From: Ignavibacteriota bacterium
GTDB lineage: Bacteria; Bacteroidota; Ignavibacteria; UBA10030
NCBI GenBank assembly: GCA_963701295.1
Contig: OY969585.1
Span: forward strand, 64,001-128,000
Direction: 5' to 3'
Length of the DNA: 64,000 nucleotides
Shown here: positions 29,238-38,054 of the stretch, one piece after another
Numbering within the stretch: position 1 is the stretch's first letter
Layout: every line of letters begins with the position of its first letter
Position numbers and translations under genes: made by a program
Notes under the pieces: generated by a model
The model's input: the letters and a program-made list of their open reading frames with translations, nothing else
What the model was told of the DNA's origin: nothing
Database searches by the model: none

Positions 29238-30095
29238 TTATCGAACCATAAGAATTTCAGAGGTGAGCACTGTAGGAATTGAGCTATGTAATTCTTGCAG
29301 AAGCATCTCTACTTCGTATTTCGAAAAGTTGGCGAACCATCGATCTGCGCGTTGTTCAATGCTGGGTAATCCTTTTCCGCGCACAGTGTTTGCAATAATC
29401 ACATTCGGTTTCCCGTGTTGAAACGGAACGTGGCAGAAAACATTTTCCATTTCATTGAAGTCGTGACCATCAATCCGTTTCCAGTTCCAGCCAAATGCCT
29501 CAAATTTTGCTCCAAGCGGTTCGAGTGGAATAAGTTCCTCTGTCCGGGTATTCGCTTGAAACTCGTTCCGATCCACGATAACGACAAGATTATCAAGTTT
29601 ATGAGCTGCCGCAGAGAGGCAGGCTTCCCAGATTGATCCTTCATTCAATTCTCCATCACCAAGAAGTACGAAAACACGATTGCGCCCGCCTTGCATCTTA
29701 ATATCATATGCAACACCGATCGCAACTGCGAATAAATGTCCCAATGAACCGGAATGAAATTCAACTGCCGGAATTGATCGATTCGGATGCCAATAGATTG
29801 AATCGAATATTTTCAAATGATTTTCTAAACGTTTCTTTGGGATGAAGTTTAATTCAGCAAGTGTTCCATACAACGCTGGAACATCATGACCCTTGGAAAG
29901 AAAAAAATAATCACGATCAGGATCATGAATCCGATCCGGGGTAATATCTAATACATCGGAATAGAGATAGACAATAAGGTCAGTACATGAAAGTGATGCA
30001 CCAATGAAACACCCGCCGCCAGTTGCCATCCGGATAATATGTTCCCGGACATGAACCGCACGGTTTTTCAGCACTTGGTGTTGGTCTTCGTTCAT
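29238..30095 (-). CDS. Transketolase-like N-terminal (ThDP-binding) subunit
   Basis: DRDYFFLSKGH, GSLGH, GDGELNEGSIWEA...N, DGHD, TVRGKG. Confidence 0.88.
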   Translation of the reverse strand: MNEDQHQVLKNRAVHVREHIIRMATGGGCFIGASLSCTDLIVYLYSDVLDITPDRIHDPDRDYFFLSKGHDVPALYGTLAELNFIPKKRLENHLKIFDSIYWHPNRSIPAVEFHSGSLGHLFAVAIGVAYDIKMQGGRNRVFVLLGDGELNEGSIWEACLSAAAHKLDNLVVIVDRNEFQANTRTEELIPLEPLGAKFEAFGWNWKRIDGHDFNEMENVFCHVPFQHGKPNVIIANTVRGKGLPSIEQRADRWFANFSKYEVEMLLQELHSSIPTVLTSEILMVR

Positions 30096-30096
30096 T

Positions 30097-30909
30097 TTAA
30101 ACGGTTTCTAATAATATTCTTGTTTCTTTCGAGGTCACTGTTTTCAATTCATTTAAATGATGGCGATACCAGTTGACGCCGGCATATTTTGCATTAAGAA
30201 GAGGCAGAATTGGCTCCTGCTTTAGCAATTCTATGATATCATAAAGTGAAAAGATCGGGTTATCCGATGTATACAGATGATCATATACTTTTTTAATGAA
30301 GATATAGTCCTCAGGATAATCGATCGTCCAACGATGAGACATCGAAAAATCTTTATCTGTTTCCCACCGTACATTTCCGATTCGGAATCGTTCAGGATGT
30401 TCCCAGATAAATGGTGTGGTATGCTCGCGTTCCAACGGCCGCGTGGCTTCTTTCCATGCAATTTCAAGAATATGGAATGGCATCACTTCGACATCGTTTC
30501 CGTCCGGATATGTTGCCGGATGAAGATTGCTAACGAAATCATACTGGCCAGTATGATCTTCATAGAACCTTACTACTTTGTCAATGATACGCGGATCTAT
30601 CAAAGGACAATCTGAAGGAATTTTTATAACAACATCGGCCTGTTCATGGAGAGCGGCCTGATAGTGCCGATCTAACAGGTCGGTAGGATGACCACTAAAG
30701 CAGGAAAGATTGAACTTCTGGCAGAGATCGCGAATTGCATCATCTTCCGGATTTGTCGTTGTAGCAACCAGGAGATCGCAATCAACTTTTGCTGCGGTTA
30801 CCCGTTGAATCATACGCAGAAGCAAGGGATTTCCCTTCAATGGCATCATTACTTTCCGTGGCAACCGCGAAGAACCAAGTCTCGCCTGGATAATAATGAG
30901 TTTCTTCAA
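30097..30909 (-). CDS. spsF: SpsF-like cytidylyltransferase (CMP-ulosonate synthetase family)
   Basis: IIQARLGSSRLPRKV, SDCPLIDP, REHTTP, WTIDYPED. Confidence 0.85.
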   Translation of the reverse strand: MKKLIIIQARLGSSRLPRKVMMPLKGNPLLLRMIQRVTAAKVDCDLLVATTTNPEDDAIRDLCQKFNLSCFSGHPTDLLDRHYQAALHEQADVVIKIPSDCPLIDPRIIDKVVRFYEDHTGQYDFVSNLHPATYPDGNDVEVMPFHILEIAWKEATRPLEREHTTPFIWEHPERFRIGNVRWETDKDFSMSHRWTIDYPEDYIFIKKVYDHLYTSDNPIFSLYDIIELLKQEPILPLLNAKYAGVNWYRHHLNELKTVTSKETRILLETV

Positions 30910-31904
30910 GACGCTAACTCCAGAGATAATTCAGGAACATTTATCTCTTCTTCCTCCAGAAGCCGACAACACACTCGTGAAATATTTTTTGCTGCCGAGG
31001 CATGCTGCAGTGGTAACAACCTGCGCAGCATCTCAATGTCAAAATACGAGTACACTTCTTTTCCCAGAGCAATGCCCACATATACAACGCTAGAATACTG
31101 TGTGATCAACACATCGCAGTTTGCGATCATTTCTTCAGTTTTCCCGTCTGCAATCACCAAAGCGCCGGGTGCATATGTTTGAATTTCTTTGGTCGCGCGT
31201 ACAATATTTTCATTGGGATGGAGTTTAAAGATCAATTGTCTATCGCTGGCAAACTCAAACACCTGTCGTATAAACTTCTTTCTATTTTCGATCTTGAATG
31301 TTTCGCGTGAATCCGAAGTGCATACAAGGATGTATCCATGAAATGGAAATGTGTTGTCATAATACTTTTTGCAATTATCAAAGTTCGGAATTCCTGTCAC
31401 AATGATTTTTCCCGGCTTTACGCCTTTCCGGATAAACAAATCACGATATCCATCGCTCGCAACACAAAACACATCGTAGAGATCGCTCAACCCGTTTGCG
31501 GAACTGCTGGCAATCCAATGGGGCAGGAAAGGAAACCGTTGAACCATACGGAACATAAAATTCTCAGGATCGGTCATTCCTTCTTGCACAAGAATAACTT
31601 TTCCATTAAAAATATTTCTTGGCACAATCAAATCGGTCGTAATCATTGTTAAATCATAATCTGCTGCTTTACCGCCGTAGTCTTCCTCTAGATGGTGATC
31701 ATGGATGTACACCTTTATCCGTTCGACCCAGAAACGTCCGGGAGTGGTGAAGTCCAACCAGCCCAATTTCTGAACAACACGTAATACTCCATCGCAATAC
31801 TGGGGGGAAAAAAAGTGATCGCATTCGGGAAGTTCATTTGCAATCTGGTGCAGTTGAGTAATTTGATTCAATGTTCCTCCGATATGCAGAATCTTTCTTC
31901 TCAT
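30906..31904 (-). CDS. Putative GT-B-fold transferase (candidate ulosonic-acid transferase)
   Basis: VTGIPNFD, FKLHPNE and DVLITQYSSV motifs resemble TagF/KpsS/sialyltransferase-type C-domains. Confidence 0.55.
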   Translation of the reverse strand: MRRKILHIGGTLNQITQLHQIANELPECDHFFSPQYCDGVLRVVQKLGWLDFTTPGRFWVERIKVYIHDHHLEEDYGGKAADYDLTMITTDLIVPRNIFNGKVILVQEGMTDPENFMFRMVQRFPFLPHWIASSSANGLSDLYDVFCVASDGYRDLFIRKGVKPGKIIVTGIPNFDNCKKYYDNTFPFHGYILVCTSDSRETFKIENRKKFIRQVFEFASDRQLIFKLHPNENIVRATKEIQTYAPGALVIADGKTEEMIANCDVLITQYSSVVYVGIALGKEVYSYFDIEMLRRLLPLQHASAAKNISRVCCRLLEEEEINVPELSLELAS

Positions 31905-32890
31905 AGACTCTCCTTTATAGTCTTATAAGAAAGTGATGTACGTTTCCAAATCGATCCTACTCCTTGACCCAAGAGGACGAGATAACCGATTGTGATACAG
32001 AAGATGGACACCAAGCGTTTCACCAAAACAAATGCAGCTATCTGAACGGCAAATGCGCGAATATGAAAAGATGTAAAGAGAGCGAAATACCCGAGATCTT
32101 TTACCACTATCCCTCCGGGTAGAAAGAATACACCCAGTCGGACAACAGAAAGAACTGCTTCGATGAGGATAGCATGGATAAAAGTAATATGAAATCCTGA
32201 TGATTGAGCAACCAGCATTGTTTCCCAGACATCCATCGTCCACAGGAAAAGATAGAAAAGCGCTGGATAGAGGATGCTCCATGCGTTCCTTTTACCTAAT
32301 GCAGCGAAGCATTCGTCGGCCTTTTTGAAAGAAGGAAGTGCACGCTTTAATCGGTCTTTAAACGATTGGATATTTATACCGTGGAGTAATTCCCATGCTC
32401 TACAGGCGAGTGTACCACGCATAAGGTTCCGAACGATAATGCCAAGGCTGAAGCTTACAAGGATGAGTACACTAATTGCGATGAACAACGTTCCATTTTG
32501 AACATAGGAAGTCAATAATTGCTGTTCCGTAACAAAGAATCCAAGTATACAAGCTGTGCAGATAAAGATGAGTTGTGTGATTCCCAATAGCCAATGACGA
32601 GTAATCAAACTACCGAGTACTTCAATAGGCGGAACATGAAAACGGCGCTTAAGAATGTACAGCTTGATCGGATCTGTCATAGCAAAACCGCCGGGGATAG
32701 AGAGCAGCACAGATTCGGCGCTCAACTGGGCACCAAACAGAGATTTTACTCCGATCTTCGATATAGGGAATAGCATGGACTTCCAAGCGATTGTATCCAA
32801 TAACATGCCTATATAAAAAGGAAGCGGTAACACGAGCAGCATCCAATTATATTGAATTATAGAGAAATTGAATTGAGAGAGAGTGCTCAA
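31901..32890 (-). CDS. Lysylphosphatidylglycerol-synthase TM/flippase-like (UPF0104) membrane protein
   Basis: About 7-8 TM segments; PGG...DPIK and FFLPGG motifs; TTG start after GAAGGAAG. Confidence 0.72.
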   Translation of the reverse strand: MSTLSQFNFSIIQYNWMLLVLPLPFYIGMLLDTIAWKSMLFPISKIGVKSLFGAQLSAESVLLSIPGGFAMTDPIKLYILKRRFHVPPIEVLGSLITRHWLLGITQLIFICTACILGFFVTEQQLLTSYVQNGTLFIAISVLILVSFSLGIIVRNLMRGTLACRAWELLHGINIQSFKDRLKRALPSFKKADECFAALGKRNAWSILYPALFYLFLWTMDVWETMLVAQSSGFHITFIHAILIEAVLSVVRLGVFFLPGGIVVKDLGYFALFTSFHIRAFAVQIAAFVLVKRLVSIFCITIGYLVLLGQGVGSIWKRTSLSYKTIKESL

Positions 32891-32927
32891 CAGCTGCTTC
32901 CTTCTGAAGGTTCACTTTTTCAGTTGA

Positions 32928-32981
32928 AAGATAATTATTCTATATTATCCAATGATTAGGAATGCATTATGAAGATGCAAA
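32928..32981 (-). promoter_or_regulatory. Pho-box-like array plus -10-like hexamer heading the ulosonic-acid operon
   Basis: Minus TTTGC(32981) ATAAT(32970) CTAAT(32959) ATAAT(32948); TATCTT begins exactly 15 nt after last repeat (32933), same geometry as the olsF promoter. Confidence 0.62.
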
Positions 32982-33809
32982 GTTAATATGAAATTGCAGC
33001 CTGCAATATTTATCGACTTGCATGGATGAGCAATGATTTATACTGTCCAATACATTGTTCGTATTTTTCTTTCGTATATCTAATGAGAATAGATGTTGGT
33101 TGAATGAGTAGAAGACGCTTCGTTATATTGATTGTCACGGCTTGTTCCAATGCTGCACAATGCCAGAGCGTTCAGCAGCAGGACTCGGTTTCGACTAAAT
33201 CTCTTTTTCAGCGTTCCTTGTTCCGACGCCAGGGAGTTTCTTGACTGCATCAAACTTCGCCTTCATGAAGCGACGCATCCTGATGAATCCTCATTTATAT
33301 CAGTAGGGATTGTCGCGGGAACGAATGTGGCTCGCGACATTGAAGAAATATCAAATCTTTTCTCAACCGCTCTTTTTTTGTTGTCCTCTGGTTTTGGATT
33401 TACCATGGAATTTTAATCGAATACGTATAAGCATACATCACTTATCACGGCATAGTGAAGTCGTAGTCTACCTGCATTCCTTAATGCAATCAATGCTTGG
33501 AAACTTATTATACTTATGCAAGTATTTTACCAATGGAGTGGACAGGTTTGTATAAAGGGAAATCTGACGTGTAAGCCTTGATGGACATCGATAATGATTG
33601 AGAGGCGGGTTTGTTCGCCATCGCTTCATCATATATGTCTTTTCGATAGATAGATCAGCACCGACGAGTATCGATGACAACTACATCTGCGCCATAGGCG
33701 GTTGCACCTCTGGCGCAAAAGAACATAGATGGCATTATAGATTGCATGATACCTCGAGAGTTTTTTTCTCTTAACTTATTCCTTTTTAAAATAGTTAAGT
33801 GACCCTGAA

Positions 33810-34254
33810 TCATACTGCCACATCTGTACCACGTCCAAAGGGTTTCCTCGCGATATTAGGAAAGAAGCCGGCAATGCCGCAGAGTATGGACAGAACAATG
33901 ACGGCGAACGGCCAAACCCAATTATTGGCGTTCCACCGTGCATCACCTGGAGACGAAGGATCATACAGAACGGAGACTATCTTTCCCGGCCGCAATTTTG
34001 CCCTCTCTAAACCACTCATGCCTTTTGTACTTGGAAGAGCCTCCTTGATTCGGAACGTCTGACCTTCAACAGTGTACTGAATGGTGAAATTTGATCCGTC
34101 TCTTGCTACGACTTGCCCCTGAGTTTCGGACGCTGATGAAGTAAAAATCAAGTAGTCCGACAAAAGGCAAACCCCATAAGGCAATCCAATGGCTGACAAA
34201 ACGATTAAGAATAAAATTCTTGGCTTTTGTGGATATGGTGGCATGTTCATTTGA
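33810..34254 (-). CDS. DUF3592-like two-TM membrane protein
   Basis: TM - ETQGQVV...IQYTVEGQ...VSVLYDPSSP - TM architecture; start uncertain. Confidence 0.65.
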
Positions 34255-34382
34255 ATTCTCAAATGATGATAAACGGGATCACATTTGATTGTGACGATGC
34301 TCGACGCAATTAGGACCACCTGACGGATGACGGCTCTGCCCAAAAGGCAGCGGACAATTGATTTTAGCAATTAACCACATAT

Positions 34383-34898
34383 CTATTTCCTTTTGATCTT
34401 CACTCGTGCAAAGGGTTGCAATTTCCCGTTCTCTTCGCCATCCATCAACCATTGCCAAGTGTCAGTACCTTTTTCGTACACGAATGTTGTATGGAAAAGA
34501 CTGCCATCACTGCCCTTAAATAAGAACGCAATCTTATCGTCGCTCCGTTCTGCATGACCGATGGCTTGAGCTGAGAGGCCACCGCTACCGGTTACATCGA
34601 GCCAAAGACAAGCGTACTGGTTTGATGGTTTATCCCAGCCGAAAAAAACAATTGCTTCATACATCGCCTCACCATGAGCGTTTTTTTCGCGCGACACTTC
34701 ATGAAGTCTCACGTACTGATGACCGAGTACCCATTCTGTAACAATATCGTGTATCGTCTCTTTTCCAGCTATGGTACCTTGAAGAACCCACTTCCCAATC
34801 AGATGATCAAGCAAGGAATCCTTGAATGTCGTTTGTTGTGCTAAAACAGAGGAAGAAACCAGAACAATGAAAAGGAAGATTTTCATAATTATTTTCAT
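34383..34898 (-). CDS. Secreted beta-barrel hypothetical protein (DUF1579-like)
   Basis: Signal peptide; LDHLIGKW, EWVLGHQY; GGAG RBS before ATG 34898. Confidence 0.7.
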   Translation of the reverse strand: MKIIMKIFLFIVLVSSSVLAQQTTFKDSLLDHLIGKWVLQGTIAGKETIHDIVTEWVLGHQYVRLHEVSREKNAHGEAMYEAIVFFGWDKPSNQYACLWLDVTGSGGLSAQAIGHAERSDDKIAFLFKGSDGSLFHTTFVYEKGTDTWQWLMDGEENGKLQPFARVKIKRK

Positions 34899-34926
34899 TG
34901 AATATATCTCCAAAATACTATTTTGC

Positions 34927-34945
34927 GTCTAACATGTAATTAGAT
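34927..34945 (-). mobile_element. Integron simple-site-like recombination sequence
   Basis: Minus ATCTAAT-TACAT-GTTAGAC (inverse core, 5-bp spacer, GTTRRRY) just upstream of a gene start. Confidence 0.4.
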
Positions 34946-35344
34946 AGACTTAGTCTATATTTTGTCTGTAATAGGAAAATATAAAAACTTTGTGCTTCCT
35001 ATTGCATCCACAAATTGCCAATCCTCGGGCTCAATGTGCGGCCACAATTCCCTTCCATAGTTTGGAATATTAAAAACAATCATAGGAATGTGTATGTTAT
35101 CCGCAGGGACATTTAATGAAACGTTTCTGCAATAGCAATAAATTTTAATTTCTCAAGAACTGCCATTGGCAATTCCCAAGTGTAACAATCAACGATTTGA
35201 GAATTTTTTATGTTATAAATATACGCGTTTCTCGATGGGAGGGCAAGATCAAAAGTAATAAGTAAAACAGTAACGAGTTATTAAGTGACATCAGAATTTA
35301 CTTCCCAATACTCATAAAAGTTCAGGGAGAACTTGTAAGAGAAC

Positions 35345-35398
35345 TTAACAAATTGGTAATGATTTGTTCATCGTTTGGAAAAGCGGATTTACTATTTT
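35345..35398 (+). promoter_or_regulatory. Pho-box-like array plus -10-like hexamer of pst operon 1
   Basis: TTAAC(35345) GTAAT(35356) TTCAT(35367); TATTTT 35393; directly upstream of the porin-pstSCAB-phoU unit. Confidence 0.8.
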
Positions 35399-35439
35399 AT
35401 TACCATCAATTATGAGCAACAATTTGCAAGGAGGTTCAA

Positions 35440-35589
35440 ATGAAACAATGGTTATCAGCACACATCCTCTCTTCCGAAGATTTCATGCCGGAAGACACCT
35501 TCCCCCCGAGTAATGAAGAGTTTTATATAACCCTCAGTATGGTGGGCATTGCCTTAGTGCTCTTTGCCGTTATCGTGCATCTTCTCTGA
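35440..35589 (+). CDS. Small membrane protein, 49 aa (not in ORF track)
   Basis: AAGGAGGT RBS at 35428-35435; MKQWLSAHILSSEDFMPEDTFPPSNEEFYITLSMVGIALVLFAVIVHLL*; single C-terminal TM helix. Confidence 0.72.
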   Translation: MKQWLSAHILSSEDFMPEDTFPPSNEEFYITLSMVGIALVLFAVIVHLL

Positions 35590-35730
35590 ACTTAATTTAT
35601 CTCTTTCATTTGTCATTACAGAGCCATAAAATATTCTCAGAAATAGATTTATACATTCTCTTTACTTTCGCGCAGCAAGATGTAAAAAAATCAATCCACA
35701 ACCATTCACAAACAAAAGGAACAACTCACA

Positions 35731-36876
35731 ATGAAGAAAACCCTACCTATCATTGCATCCCTGATATTGCTGAGCTCAACAGCAATTTTCGGCCAAGGAA
35801 AATTCAGCGGCTATATGTTTGGGGATTACTATTATAACGTTACACGTGATCCGAATATCGGGAGTTCGAACATCGCCAGCCCAGCTGGAACGACCGCATA
35901 TCAAGCATTCCAATTACGACGAATTTATTTCACTTACGATAACGACATCTCCGAGCAATTTACCACCCGGTTTCGATTAGAAGCCGATCAGGCGGCTGCC
36001 ACAAGTGCCCCGACCGCATCAGGTGACGTTCTCCCCAGCGGCAAAGTCGGTGTGTTTGTCAAAGACGCTTACTTGATGTGGAAAAATATTTTTACCGGAA
36101 GCAACCTGATATTTGGTGTTCAGCCCACTCCCGCCTATGATGTCTCTGAAGCGGCTTGGGGGTATCGTTCACTTGAAAAGACAATTATGGATTTACGCGG
36201 GATTGTTTCTTCACGTGATCTCGGAGTTTCTCTGAAAGGAAAAATCACAGACAATGGGATGATCAACTACTGGGCAATGTTTGCAAATGGAAGCGGCAAC
36301 AACGTGGAAACAGATAAATACAAGCGCTACTATGCACACATTCAACTCAAACCAGTTACAAACCTTCAAGCAACATTATATGTAGATTATAAAGATGCAG
36401 CAAACATACTCAACAGCTACACAAAGAGTAGTGTCAACAACAGCGCCGTAACTACTGCATTGTTTATTGGCTATAGCGAACCGTATAGTTATAATATCGG
36501 CGTTGAAGCCTTCATGCAATCCATTTCCAACGCTCTCAAAGATACACTCACAAAAGCATATTCGTCAAAATCTATTTTAGGTTACTCTGTGTTTGGTTCT
36601 TTCAACATCATACCTGAACTTGCAATCGTTGCTCGCTATGACAATTTCAATCCAAGCACTGATGATATGGGGAAAGACCCTGTTTCAGTAACTGCCGCTG
36701 TCGCAAACGGAAATTTATCGCGTAACTATGTGATCGCCGGATTATCATGGAAAGTCGACAAGAATGTATCGATTATGCCGAACATTTTGTACGAGACCTA
36801 TGAGACACCGAAGGGCGGAAAATCCATAGATGCTTCTACGACCGCCCGCCTCACATTCTATTATGTATTTTTATAG
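35731..36876 (+). CDS. Outer-membrane porin, probably phosphate/anion-selective
   Basis: Signal peptide; FQLRRIYFTYD, VKDAYL, SSRDLGV, ARYD beta-strands; lies just upstream of pstS. Confidence 0.75.
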   Translation: MKKTLPIIASLILLSSTAIFGQGKFSGYMFGDYYYNVTRDPNIGSSNIASPAGTTAYQAFQLRRIYFTYDNDISEQFTTRFRLEADQAAATSAPTASGDVLPSGKVGVFVKDAYLMWKNIFTGSNLIFGVQPTPAYDVSEAAWGYRSLEKTIMDLRGIVSSRDLGVSLKGKITDNGMINYWAMFANGSGNNVETDKYKRYYAHIQLKPVTNLQATLYVDYKDAANILNSYTKSSVNNSAVTTALFIGYSEPYSYNIGVEAFMQSISNALKDTLTKAYSSKSILGYSVFGSFNIIPELAIVARYDNFNPSTDDMGKDPVSVTAAVANGNLSRNYVIAGLSWKVDKNVSIMPNILYETYETPKGGKSIDASTTARLTFYYVFL

Positions 36877-36891
36877 TCAACAATTCAGCAG

Positions 36892-36921
36892 GAATCCCGA
36901 AGTCTGAAGATTTCGGGATTC
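36892..36921 (+). other. Intergenic hairpin between porin and pstS
   Basis: GAATCCCGAAGTCT-GA-AGATTTCGGGATTC (one G-U pair). Confidence 0.6.
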
Positions 36922-36939
36922 TATTTTATATAGAAGGAG

Positions 36940-37977
36940 ATGAAAATGAAATTAACGAAGATAATTCTGAGCCTGCTCGTTGCAGTTTCGCTGGGAAGTG
37001 CAGTGCAGGCACAATTAAAACTTAATGGCGCAGGTGCAACGTTTCCCTATGTCATTTATTCCAAATGGTTCGATGTGTACAGCAAAGATAACGGTGTTCA
37101 GTTCAATTACCAGTCGATAGGAAGCGGAGGCGGAATAAAACAAACGATCGAAGGAACAGTCGATTTCGGGGCAACAGATGGACCGATGTCGAACGATCAA
37201 CTCAAAGAAGCAAAAGAAAAACAGGGAACAGATGTTTTACACATCCCGACCGTCATGGGAGCGGTTGTCGTGACGTATAACCTTCCGGAAGGCGGAAAAG
37301 ATCTGCATCTTTCACCGGATGTACTGGCGCAAATATACCTTGGCCAGATCACAAAGTGGAACGATGGACAAATTGCAAAAATTAATTCCGGAAAAAATTT
37401 GCCGGATAAATCGATTATCGTCGTTCATCGATCGGATGGAAGCGGCACGACAAACATCTTTACTGATTATCTTACAAAAGTCAGCAAAACATGGTCCGTG
37501 AATATTGGCAAAGGAACTTCCGTGAACTGGCCGGTCGGCCTCGGTGGGAAAGGAAACGAAGGCGTTGCCGGCCTTGTGAAGCAATCGGATGGCTCCATCG
37601 GGTACGTCGAGCTTGCGTATGCCGTAAAGAACAACCTCCCGTATGCAGTTCTCCAGAATAAAGCCGGTAAATTTGTAGATGCAAGTTTTGAATCTGTTTC
37701 CGCAGCAGCCGCAGGTGCCCTCGACAACATGCCGGAAGATTTGCGCGTTTCAATTACAAACGCAGATGGAAAAGAATCTTATCCAATCTCCGGATTTACA
37801 TGGCTCTTGGTTTATAAAAACATGAAAGATAAATCCAAAGCACAGGAAATCGTAAAATTCTTGAAGTGGGCGATGAACGATGGGCAATCCTATGCAAAAG
37901 ATTTGTACTATGCTCCCCTGCCTAAAGAAGTAGTGGCACTCTGTGAAAAGAAAATTGAAAGCATTCAAACAAAGTGA
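36940..37977 (+). CDS. pstS: Phosphate ABC transporter binding protein (E. coli-type)
   Basis: GAGATFP, YQSIGSGGG, VDFGATD, HRSDGSGTT, GKGNEGV, YPISGFTW. Confidence 0.97.
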   Translation: MKMKLTKIILSLLVAVSLGSAVQAQLKLNGAGATFPYVIYSKWFDVYSKDNGVQFNYQSIGSGGGIKQTIEGTVDFGATDGPMSNDQLKEAKEKQGTDVLHIPTVMGAVVVTYNLPEGGKDLHLSPDVLAQIYLGQITKWNDGQIAKINSGKNLPDKSIIVVHRSDGSGTTNIFTDYLTKVSKTWSVNIGKGTSVNWPVGLGGKGNEGVAGLVKQSDGSIGYVELAYAVKNNLPYAVLQNKAGKFVDASFESVSAAAAGALDNMPEDLRVSITNADGKESYPISGFTWLLVYKNMKDKSKAQEIVKFLKWAMNDGQSYAKDLYYAPLPKEVVALCEKKIESIQTK

Positions 37978-38002
37978 TTTGAATAATTACTTGAATATAA
38001 TC

Positions 38003-38032
38003 AGTAGCCGGACAACTTCTTGTCCGGCTACT
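38003..38032 (+). other. Perfect 13-bp hairpin after pstS (stabiliser/partial terminator)
   Basis: AGTAGCCGGACAA-CTTC-TTGTCCGGCTACT, no long U-run. Confidence 0.7.
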
Positions 38033-38054
38033 CAATTTCCTTATTGATATCATT

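Noticed and set aside
24557-32890. Phosphonate biosynthesis (ThDP enzyme + aminotransferase + cytidylyltransferase)
   Set aside because: No PEP mutase; the ThDP protein is transketolase-like and NeuB/KdsC point to ulosonic acids
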